DNA of 64,000 nt from Waterburya sp. Its GTDB lineage: Bacteria; Cyanobacteriota; Cyanobacteriia; Cyanobacteriales; Xenococcaceae. Positions 9,149 through 17,425 of this stretch are shown in pieces. The position numbers and the translations under genes are program-made. The stretch spans positions 4,128,001 to 4,192,000 of the forward strand of contig CBDCJV010000002.1 of NCBI GenBank assembly GCA_965217895.1, written 5' to 3'. Numbering within the stretch: the stretch's first letter is position 1; the number at the start of each line of letters is the position of its first letter. Below the pieces are notes generated by a model. It had not been told where the DNA came from. It did no database searches and saw only the letters and a program-made list of their open reading frames with translations.

Positions 9149-11203
9149 TTAGTTCTTTTGTTTTTTGTTATTTTTTTTGCTGCTAGCTGTAGGTTTAGCT
9201 GTTTTTTGCGTTGGCTTTTCTGAGTTGTTGCGGGTGGCTTTGATGGGAATCGTAAAATAAAATTTGCTACCCTTGTCTTTTCCTGGTGATTCTGCCCAAA
9301 TTTCGCCTCCCCAATTTTTGACAATTTGTCGGCAGATAGCCAAACCTAAACCCGTGCCTCCTGCACTACGTCTTAGGGACTCTTCTTCTTGATAAAAACG
9401 GTCAAACACAGTTTCTAAACTGCTAGTCTCTATGCCTCTGCCCGTGTCAGCAATCATGATTTCCAGGGTATTGCCTCCGTTTGTTTTTACAGCGATCGCA
9501 ATTTTGCCGTCAGCTTGGGTAAATTTGCAGGCATTATCTAATAGCTTCACTAGTACTTCTACCAGCCATTCTCCATCTATCTGTATCAGGGGCAAATCTT
9601 TAGGGGTAGTTAGGTTTTTAATTTGAGGCAGCTTTGAGCCATGATTACGCGCCTTGACATTACTAACTGCTAAATCAATACATTCGTTGATAGAAAGAGT
9701 TTCTAGATTCCACTCTATCCCACCACCTTCTAAACGCGAAAGAGTAAGAAAATCTTGAACTAAATTACGCATTCTTTCTGCATCACTAAGGGCAGTATCG
9801 AGCATAATCTGACTCAACTCTAAAGGCATATCAGGTTCACTTGCCAAACTTTCAAGACATATCTGAATAGTTGACAGAGGGGTACGGAGTTCGTGACCCA
9901 CAATTGCCACCAAATTAGAACGGGTACGGTCTAAAGCCTCCAATTGTTCATTGAGATCTTCCAAATCGGCATAAGCTTCTGCTTGAATTAAAGCTACTCC
10001 CACCTGAGTTGCGATCGCATCTACTAGAGCAATGTCATCGGCTTTCCAGGCGATAGGCTTAGTTTCACAGTGATGTAATTCCATTACTCCCAGCAGTTTA
10101 TCTTGATAAAGAATTGGCACTAATAGCCAAGATAAAATAGAGTAATTTTGAATTAAATTTTGAAAAAACTCTCCCGTCCCTTTGTCCTCGGCTATTTTAT
10201 GTAAACGCTCGTCTTCTAGGGTATTGTCAACGCTAATAGTTTCTTTGGTGGCGATCGCTTCTTCAAACAAGGGATTATTAGCTAGCTGCCATTTATGCCC
10301 TCTAACCGACTTTATTCCTGGACTAGTAAATTCTCGATCTACCGTTGCTGTGGCATCCTCTTCGTGACAACGGTAAACAATACAGCGACATACGCCAATG
10401 CCTTCTCCTAGCTTTTGCACTGCAACCTGTAAAATTTGTTTAGTATGAAGCGATCGCCTTACAGCATCGCTGACAGAATTTAATAATATTTCCTTTTGTT
10501 GTTTGGCTGCTAAAGATTTATTGGCTTTTAATAACTTATATTGACTAGCCTGAAGATAAGTAACCAGTCTTTGCACAAAAGGATCTGGATTGGTTAAAGG
10601 TGAATCTATGTCTCTTTTTTTCTTGCTTACTTTTTTGGGAGATAAATATAGCTTACGAGCCAGAGCAATTTTAGCAGCTAATTCTGGGCGATAAATACCA
10701 ATGCGATCGAGCATGAGCTTGGCTGCTTCTATGGTTACGTTGCGATCAAAGGTCCATATTCCCTCAAAACGACGATTAGCATCGATTGGTGCGCCATAAT
10801 TACGCTCCTTTTCTTTAGATGAAAAGCTTTTTTCGCGGCAAACTAGACAACTTGCATAGTGCTGACCAACAATTACTAAATGCCACTCTTTAGCTAAAGC
10901 ATCAGTTGGTTCAAAGGCAATAGTTTCGTACTTTTCTGGGCGATCGCCAAACTCTGTTTCTGGAGCTGCTAAAACATATACCTGATCGCTTTTATCAGCA
11001 ATACGTTTATAACGATGAGATTCTTGACGATAAAAACGCTCCCGTTGAAAACTAGCAATCACTAAAGGCGTATCCGAATCATTTAAGACCAGATCCTCCA
11101 TAGCGTGAGATAACGCCGTCAAAGAAGCCTTAAAATACATTTGTGGTCGCCAACTCGTGCAGGTTTCCAGCAACTGTCGTACAACAGAATTAGAAATGCT
11201 CAT
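9149..11203 (-). CDS. Sensor histidine kinase, DICT-GAF-HisKA-HATPase
   Basis: N-terminal YFKASLTALSHAMED (DICT); GAF; HELRTPL; LLDNACKFT, DTGRGI, GGTGLGL. Confidence 0.9.
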   Translation of the reverse strand: MSISNSVVRQLLETCTSWRPQMYFKASLTALSHAMEDLVLNDSDTPLVIASFQRERFYRQESHRYKRIADKSDQVYVLAAPETEFGDRPEKYETIAFEPTDALAKEWHLVIVGQHYASCLVCREKSFSSKEKERNYGAPIDANRRFEGIWTFDRNVTIEAAKLMLDRIGIYRPELAAKIALARKLYLSPKKVSKKKRDIDSPLTNPDPFVQRLVTYLQASQYKLLKANKSLAAKQQKEILLNSVSDAVRRSLHTKQILQVAVQKLGEGIGVCRCIVYRCHEEDATATVDREFTSPGIKSVRGHKWQLANNPLFEEAIATKETISVDNTLEDERLHKIAEDKGTGEFFQNLIQNYSILSWLLVPILYQDKLLGVMELHHCETKPIAWKADDIALVDAIATQVGVALIQAEAYADLEDLNEQLEALDRTRSNLVAIVGHELRTPLSTIQICLESLASEPDMPLELSQIMLDTALSDAERMRNLVQDFLTLSRLEGGGIEWNLETLSINECIDLAVSNVKARNHGSKLPQIKNLTTPKDLPLIQIDGEWLVEVLVKLLDNACKFTQADGKIAIAVKTNGGNTLEIMIADTGRGIETSSLETVFDRFYQEEESLRRSAGGTGLGLAICRQIVKNWGGEIWAESPGKDKGSKFYFTIPIKATRNNSEKPTQKTAKPTASSKKNNKKQKN

Positions 11204-11418
11204 CTATAAAGTTTTTTTAGAAAGAATTATCCCAGCCAGGATATTTGGTTATCTCGGATTGTCTTCAAGGCAGAATTCAACTGAACTATTAAATGTAAAT
11301 GTAAATGATCGCTTAAAAATTGGTTCAATATTAATATCCTACAAAACCCTCGTGACCTTTCGGCAGTCCATCATCATAATTTGCAATAATTAAGCTCATT
11401 TAAGGCAATTAGGATCCT

Positions 11419-11479
11419 GTAGGGTGGGCAAATTCCTACAATTAAGCAGTAATATTTAATTAGATAATTTTTGCCCACC
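11419..11479 (+). repeat. GTAG-family REP doublet (REPIN-like), copy 1
   Basis: GTAGGGTGGGCAA...TTGCCCACC; 49/61 identical to the reverse complement of 38075-38135. Confidence 0.8.
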
Positions 11480-11578
11480 GATTTTAAGGCTCAGACTAAA
11501 TACTTTAGAGTGGTGGTTGATCAAAAGCTAGAATACACTGTGAGATACTGTTTACCTGTAAATAGCATCTCCAGTAAT

Positions 11579-12457
11579 ATGCGCGTAACCAAGTCATGCC
11601 GTCAGGCTTATCGCTTTCAACCAAACCTATCACTTATCACCACAGTTTTATGCTTGGCAATTCCCCTGCCTGCAAAAGCTTTAGAAGTCCAGGTATCTCC
11701 TAAAACACCCCAGCAGGGAGATACTATTTCCGTTCTCGTAACCCCTGACGATCCTGGTAGTCCTCCAAGTATTACTGTAGATCAAAAAGATTATCCTGTA
11801 TTTCCTCTTCAAGGCAAATATCGTGCTTTGATCCCAACTTCTCCTTTAAATTCTCCAGGCAAAATGACTCTTCACGTCAAAGAAAATGAGCAAACCAGCA
11901 ATCTTGGAGTCTGGCTAAAAAGTCGCACCTTTCCCATACAGCGTATTACCCTTAGTGGTAAAGCGGGTCTTCCAGCAACTCAACTAGAACTAGACAGAGT
12001 AACGGCGTTTAAAAAATTAGTTACTCCGCAGAAATATTGGCAGGGAGCGTTTATACGTCCCAACGCTGGGACGATTTCCAGTGTATTTGGCGTCCGTCGT
12101 TATTATAATGGCGTATTTGCTAATGATTACTACCATAAAGGAGTAGACTACGCAGGTGGCTATGGCTCATCTGTGGTTGCCCCCGCAGCAGGGAAAATCA
12201 GACTAGTAGGCAGAGAAAAAGACGGTTTTCAGGTTCATGGCAATATTGTCGGCATCGATCACGGACAAGGAGTGCTAAGCATCTTTATGCACTTACAAGA
12301 CATTGATGTGACAGAAGGCGAAATGGTCAAAGCTGGTCAGCAAATTGGCACGATTGGCTCAACTGGGGCTTCCACAGGACCTCATCTGCATTGGGGTTTA
12401 TATGTTGATGGGGTAGCAGTAGATCCTGTACCTTGGCGGTTTGGTGTCATTGAATGA
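11579..12457 (+). CDS. Exported M23-family metallopeptidase; start taken at ATG 11579
   Basis: HKGVD and GPHLHW zinc motifs; signal-like segment ending AKA. Confidence 0.9.
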   Translation: MRVTKSCRQAYRFQPNLSLITTVLCLAIPLPAKALEVQVSPKTPQQGDTISVLVTPDDPGSPPSITVDQKDYPVFPLQGKYRALIPTSPLNSPGKMTLHVKENEQTSNLGVWLKSRTFPIQRITLSGKAGLPATQLELDRVTAFKKLVTPQKYWQGAFIRPNAGTISSVFGVRRYYNGVFANDYYHKGVDYAGGYGSSVVAPAAGKIRLVGREKDGFQVHGNIVGIDHGQGVLSIFMHLQDIDVTEGEMVKAGQQIGTIGSTGASTGPHLHWGLYVDGVAVDPVPWRFGVIE

Positions 12458-12579
12458 ACTATATATTTGGCAAATCCGCGCATTTTAAGCTAAATATCTT
12501 TTCGATTTCTAGTTATAGATACTAAGATAGTGCGGGAGATTGGCTTAATTTACCTTTATTTATCATCATTTACTTAATT

Positions 12580-13128
12580 ATGGGAATCAATTCGATTGTC
12601 GAACAAGCAATGCAAGACGGCTATCTTACTCCCAGTATGGAAGCTGAAGTAGGCAGAATTTGCGACACGGCAGCAGAACTATCCGTAGAAGAGTATGTAG
12701 CTTTAGATCAGCTTATGGGCGCGCTGCTGACGGGAGAAGTAGTAGCCGTCCCGCGCAAACAGTTTATTAATGTAATGGAGGAATTAGTTTTGAGCGATGC
12801 GATTACTCGCGTTGCTGAGATTGAACAAACTAGTGATACTTCTTTAGATGTAGGCGATATTGCCGCCTATGCTCTAAACCGTTTACCACCCCTGTATGCA
12901 ACCACTGAAGAAGGAGCGAATTACCAACGTCAACGGGCAAGACAAGAATTGCAAACATTAATTCAAGAGCAGGTAAAAGAAGCAATTAATCGCTATTTAG
13001 ACCGACCAGAATTTTTCCCAGAAAGACAGGCTATCAATCCTAAAAACAATTCTAATATGGCAAATCAACTCAGCAGCTTATTAAAAGATTATGCCCCTGG
13101 CTATGAAAAAGACAGTAATTTTTCTTAA
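12580..13128 (+). CDS. ComFB-domain protein (CdgR-like cyclic dinucleotide receptor)
   Basis: FINVMEELV...DIAAYALNRLPPLYAT ComFB signature; lies upstream of sigG. Confidence 0.8.
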   Translation: MGINSIVEQAMQDGYLTPSMEAEVGRICDTAAELSVEEYVALDQLMGALLTGEVVAVPRKQFINVMEELVLSDAITRVAEIEQTSDTSLDVGDIAAYALNRLPPLYATTEEGANYQRQRARQELQTLIQEQVKEAINRYLDRPEFFPERQAINPKNNSNMANQLSSLLKDYAPGYEKDSNFS

Positions 13129-13225
13129 ACTAGTTAATTGGCTGAGAAAATATTAGGACAAGCTTTGTCTAAGACCATTGTTGCGGGAAAGAAACCAAGA
13201 AAAAGCTCAGTCAAAAATTGCCTTG

Positions 13226-13253
13226 GAACTTTTGTGATTTATTTTCAGTCTTT
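13226..13253 (+). promoter_or_regulatory. ECF-type promoter, probably sigG autoregulatory
   Basis: GAACTT-N16-GTCTTT, ending 43 bp before the ATG at 13297. Confidence 0.6.
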
Positions 13254-13296
13254 GAGAAAGATATACCAAAGCTCTATACTGAGGTTAATTAAGTTC

Positions 13297-13956
13297 ATGA
13301 GTCTATCTCTTCCTGTATCTTGGTCTGAGACTGAGGTGAATGAAACTAAATGCTTAGTGTCTCCTGAAAAACTCTCTAATTACGACCTGATTGTTTACTG
13401 TCAAGCAAATGCCCAGCCCGATAAAGCTGCATTTGCTGAATTGCTACACAGATATCAATCTCATTTGAACCGTCTTTTCTATCACTTAGCTCCAGATTGG
13501 CAGGAACGAGCAGATATGGCTCAAGAAGTGTGGATTAGAGTCTATCGCAATGTTCATCGGCTTCAAGATCCAGCTAAGTTTCGTGGTTGGCTTAGTCGTA
13601 TTGCTACCAACCTTTTTTATGACGAGCTACGCAAGCGTAAGCGTGTTAGTCAGCCTCTTTCCTTGGATGCTCCCCATTATGTCGAAGACGGCGAAATGAG
13701 TTGGGAATTGCCTGATGATGCTCCAAGTCCCAGTGATGATTTGGCTACTAGAGAGTTTTATGAGCATTTGCAAACAGCGATCGCTGCCTTACCTGAAACT
13801 TTTCGTACTACCATTGTCCTACGAGAAATTGAAGGATTAGCCTATGAAGAAATTGCTGAAATTACAGGAGTGTCTTTAGGCACGGTGAAATCTAGAATCG
13901 CCAGAGCCAGACTTAAACTTCAGTCAGTGTTGCAAAACTATCTAGATGAAGAGTAA
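13297..13956 (+). CDS. sigG: ECF RNA polymerase sigma factor; start taken at ATG 13297
   Basis: DMAQEVWIRVYR, FRGWLSRIATNLFYDELRKRKR, region 4 GLAYEEIAEITGVSLGTVKSRIARAR. Confidence 0.9.
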   Translation: MSLSLPVSWSETEVNETKCLVSPEKLSNYDLIVYCQANAQPDKAAFAELLHRYQSHLNRLFYHLAPDWQERADMAQEVWIRVYRNVHRLQDPAKFRGWLSRIATNLFYDELRKRKRVSQPLSLDAPHYVEDGEMSWELPDDAPSPSDDLATREFYEHLQTAIAALPETFRTTIVLREIEGLAYEEIAEITGVSLGTVKSRIARARLKLQSVLQNYLDEE

Positions 13957-14075
13957 ATTGGTATATAAACCAGCTTTAATAATTGATATTTAGGAGAGAT
14001 TAGTTTTGCTGGCTCTTTGGCACATAGATTGTTCCTCACTTTAATTCCTAAAAATATTGTATTGGTAATGCTAAA

Positions 14076-14600
14076 ATGACATCTAATTTTGAAGGTTTAG
14101 AGTCGGATATTAAGCAAACCGACTCTAAAACCGAAGACTCAGCCCTAGATTATTTTGAATTGCTTAGTGCTTATGTTGATGGAGAGCTATCTACTCCCCA
14201 AAAGAATCAGGTGCAGGCTTTGCTCGACCGAGATCCTCAAGTCAAGCAGGTTTATACTCAGCTACTAGCCTTGCAGAGTCAAATGCAGCAATCTATTGCT
14301 CCACCCTGCGAAAAGTCTGTAGATGAAATTACCAAAGGAGTTTTTCGACTGGTAGATCGTCGTCATTCTTACAAACGCAAATTAGTTTGGGGAGGAGGTG
14401 CGATCGCAGCTTCTTTATTTGCTATTATTTCAGGCGTGATTCCAGGAGTCAGCCCAGGTTTAAAAATGGCAAAATTAGATGCTCCTGCTGTGGTTAATTC
14501 TTCAGCAGTAATGTTAGCAGTGGCGGTTAATAAACCTGCAATCAATATTCCTAAGTCTGCTACTGGCTATTCTTTAAAAATGAACTCGACTCGATATTAG
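14076..14600 (+). CDS. Membrane-anchored anti-sigma factor for SigG
   Basis: FELLSAYVDGEL anti-sigma N-terminus, one TM segment, directly downstream of sigG. Confidence 0.85.
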   Translation: MTSNFEGLESDIKQTDSKTEDSALDYFELLSAYVDGELSTPQKNQVQALLDRDPQVKQVYTQLLALQSQMQQSIAPPCEKSVDEITKGVFRLVDRRHSYKRKLVWGGGAIAASLFAIISGVIPGVSPGLKMAKLDAPAVVNSSAVMLAVAVNKPAINIPKSATGYSLKMNSTRY

Positions 14601-14603
14601 AGT

Positions 14604-15476
14604 TTACTGTTTTTCTGCAACTGGTTGCACACAAGCTCCTTTAATGGTTTCGCTCATAGTAGCAATGTTGAGATTGACAACCCTTCCTTCTTTGGTTTCA
14701 ATTAAAGCTTTTTTGGAAACATCGCCATTGTAAAAAAAGTTATAATCATTGTTAACAGTATACTGATTGGCAGTATCGGCTGATTGACCAACGCCCAGAG
14801 CCGACTCTGCCCTTAACGGACGGAGTAATCTCTGACCAATTAGTTTTTGCCAGCTATCAAGATCGCGATTCAAATCAAAACTTCTGGTGCAGATTAATGA
14901 TTTCTCTGTAATACCTTGATTATTTAATTCCAAATTTGCCTTGTTATCTTGTTCTAAATTATTGACTTTAATGCCAACATCAGACACAGTAGGTTCAATA
15001 ATACTTACTGATATGGGTGGCTCAAGTTCTGGCTCAAAAACTATTTCACTGTTATTCTGCATCACGGTAGAATAATAGCGATCGCCGTCTTTGCCGACAA
15101 AGTAAACTGTTTTGCCATATTTAGCTTGAAAAACATCTCTGCTTAAAACAGCTTGGGCAGGAGCTAAAATAGTCTCATCTTGGTCTGACTTTGATTGACG
15201 GTGATAATAAAAGCTGTCTTCTAATTGACAAATATCAATATAGTAATCTTCGGTTTCAAAACTGTACACTTCTTTATATCTAGAATCTATTGATGCGCAA
15301 GTTTCGACTTTTTGCGCTACAGGAATATTCATCTTCCGATTGCTTTTAGTAAAATAACTACTAGAAGAATTAGAAATAACTTTGGCTTTTGATGTCGCCA
15401 AAAGCGAATTATGTCCCCAGAAAAAAGAACCAATTAATATTATGAATAAATATATTTGTTTGTACCAATTAATCAT
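14604..15476 (-). CDS. Hypothetical exported protein carrying a 16-aa in-frame insertion
   Basis: N-terminal hydrophobic signal; FETEDYYIDICQ motif; long ORF. Confidence 0.65.
   Translation of the reverse strand: MINWYKQIYLFIILIGSFFWGHNSLLATSKAKVISNSSSSYFTKSNRKMNIPVAQKVETCASIDSRYKEVYSFETEDYYIDICQLEDSFYYHRQSKSDQDETILAPAQAVLSRDVFQAKYGKTVYFVGKDGDRYYSTVMQNNSEIVFEPELEPPISVSIIEPTVSDVGIKVNNLEQDNKANLELNNQGITEKSLICTRSFDLNRDLDSWQKLIGQRLLRPLRAESALGVGQSADTANQYTVNNDYNFFYNGDVSKKALIETKEGRVVNLNIATMSETIKGACVQPVAEKQ
14785..14839. mobile_element. 41-bp GC-rich insert flanked by the 7-bp direct repeat TGACCAA
   Basis: TGACCAA at 14785-14791 and 14833-14839, 48 bp apart; internal CAGAG-ccga-CTCTG hairpin. Confidence 0.6.
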
Positions 15477-15982
15477 GGCAAAATAGGGCTTTTTAAAAGA
15501 TTTAAAAACATATTTGGATTAATAAAATGAATTTGTAAAGAACTTGCAAACTTGCTGCTCGTAATCGGTAAAGCATCAAGCTGTTTGTTTATATTTTCTA
15601 ATTCTAAGCTTAAAGAGTAAAGAGTTGGACAATGACCAAATCTTTTCTTGTTTCAGCTTTTTTTAAGATTTAAATAGCGTTAATTAATAGTTTTTTCGCT
15701 ACTGCTAATAAAAGAGGTTTATCAAAGAGTTTGTAGTAACGCGCGTTGCTGGCTCCACAAACGCAATTGGGTCTAAACCCCCATTTTATTGACTACTAAC
15801 TATCAACGACGAACTTTTTTATATTCTATACTTTTTAGATAATGGTTAAAAATCTAAAATACTGCTCAACCCAAGAATTAATCTGGGTTTTAAGAATTTT
15901 TGTTAATTTAAACTTAATATATATGAATATAAAGTTAGCTAACGAGTTAAATTTGTAGAATATCTTTGAATCAATTTGATTA

Positions 15983-16405
15983 ATGGCTTCTTTACCGCAT
16001 CACAGACCGAAAAAGTTATCTCTTGGACCTCTTGAAGCCGAAATCCTAGGAATAGTCTGGAAATTAAAGATAGTTACGGTCAAAAACGTACATGACTTCA
16101 TTTTGCAAGATCCTGAACGCGAACTAGCTTATACTTCGGTGACTACGGTGCTTAGACGTTTGACTCAAAAAGGCTGGCTCAAATGTAGTAAAAAAGGACG
16201 TGCTTTTTCCTGGCAAGCTTTAGTTTCTTATGAACAGGCACAGGCAATTCAATCTTATGAAAAGCTAAATCATTTTCTCGCTATAAGTAACCCCGACGTA
16301 GTGGCTTCTTTTGCTGACAGTTTAGATACTGCCAGCTTAGAACAGCTAGAAGCGATCGCATCCCGCCTTCAAACCATTCGCAGTCAAAGAGAGGAACAAA
16401 CATAA
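15983..16405 (+). CDS. BlaI/MecI/CopY-family repressor
   Basis: LGPLEAEIL..VW, LAYTSVTTVLRRLTQKGWL. Confidence 0.92.
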   Translation: MASLPHHRPKKLSLGPLEAEILGIVWKLKIVTVKNVHDFILQDPERELAYTSVTTVLRRLTQKGWLKCSKKGRAFSWQALVSYEQAQAIQSYEKLNHFLAISNPDVVASFADSLDTASLEQLEAIASRLQTIRSQREEQT

Positions 16406-17244
16406 TGCACCTGTTCGCCGTATTAATTATTATCGTTCTAGCTTGGATCGTGCGCCATAGTCCAATTGGAACAGGAACATGGGCTAAACGCTGGCATCAA
16501 GCTTTGTTTGTTTTGGTATTTCCTGCACTATTACTATTGAGTACAGCGATCGCAGTATTATATATGGGTTGTCATGGTGCAATGCTTGGCATACAGGTTG
16601 GCTCATGGGGATGTGCTGTATCAGCTTCTTTACTGATCTTTGCTTTAGGGTGCTTGGGCAAATTAGCTTACCAGGGCAATCAAGCGATAGATCAACTAAC
16701 TAACTATGAGCAACAATCAATAGAAGGGAATACCGCGAGAATCATTGAGCTTGATTTGCCCTATAGCGCGCAGATTGGCTTTTGGCGGTCTGAATTAGTG
16801 GTTAGTCGTGGTTTGCTGATTACTTTAGACCAAGAACATCTAAAGGCAGTTTTAGCCCATGAACAGGCTCATGTATATTATCGCGATACCTTTTGGTTTT
16901 TCTGGCTTGGCTGGTTGCGATCTTTTACCTGCTGGCTACCTAATACAGAAACTTTATGGCAAGAACTAATGTTGCTTCGAGAACTAAGAGCAGATCGTCA
17001 TGCTGCTCAAGAAGTTGACTTTTTGCTGTTGGCAGAATCTTTGTTAACCGTTGCCAAAACACCTTTAGAATCCTCTCCTATTTTGTGTGCCAATTTTAAC
17101 GACTATACAGTAGGCGATCGCCTTAATGAAAGAATAAATTCTTTGCTAGAGGAAACCAAGGCAGTTGATTCAGTTCAGTGGCAGTACTGGAGTTGGGTAT
17201 GTTTACTATTTTTACCTTTGTTAACTATTCCTTTGCATTATTAA
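16405..17244 (+). CDS. M56 (BlaR1-like) membrane zinc peptidase
   Basis: AVLAHEQAH HExxH, ELRAD; TM segments; TAATG coupling to the repressor. Confidence 0.9.
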   Translation: MHLFAVLIIIVLAWIVRHSPIGTGTWAKRWHQALFVLVFPALLLLSTAIAVLYMGCHGAMLGIQVGSWGCAVSASLLIFALGCLGKLAYQGNQAIDQLTNYEQQSIEGNTARIIELDLPYSAQIGFWRSELVVSRGLLITLDQEHLKAVLAHEQAHVYYRDTFWFFWLGWLRSFTCWLPNTETLWQELMLLRELRADRHAAQEVDFLLLAESLLTVAKTPLESSPILCANFNDYTVGDRLNERINSLLEETKAVDSVQWQYWSWVCLLFLPLLTIPLHY

Positions 17245-17283
17245 CTAGGAATTTAGAATGTCTAGTAGACCAGTCGGGAAAAT

Positions 17284-17328
17284 AGAGAAAGTTTAGTGAT
17301 TTTATGAACAAAACCACTAAACTCTCTC
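17284..17328. terminator. Hairpin between the convergent M56 peptidase gene and phoX
   Basis: gagaaagtttagtgatttt / aaaaccactaaactctctc imperfect inverted repeat. Confidence 0.5.
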
Positions 17329-17425
17329 GCTGTCGCTCAATTGACGTTAAATAGCGATTAATTAGACTTTTACTCTAGGCTTATGATGAGGACTGTAAGA
17401 CAAAATTTACTGCACTACGCAAGTT

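Noticed and set aside
13138..13296. N-terminal extensions given by the ORF track for sigG (and likewise psaD, phoX, M23, rimP, PIN toxin)
   Set aside because: The extensions cover promoter or leader sequence; downstream starts match the family N-termini.
15722..15815. Weak hairpins and heptamers upstream of the BlaI gene
   Set aside because: Too degenerate to assign as a REP, IS end or operator.
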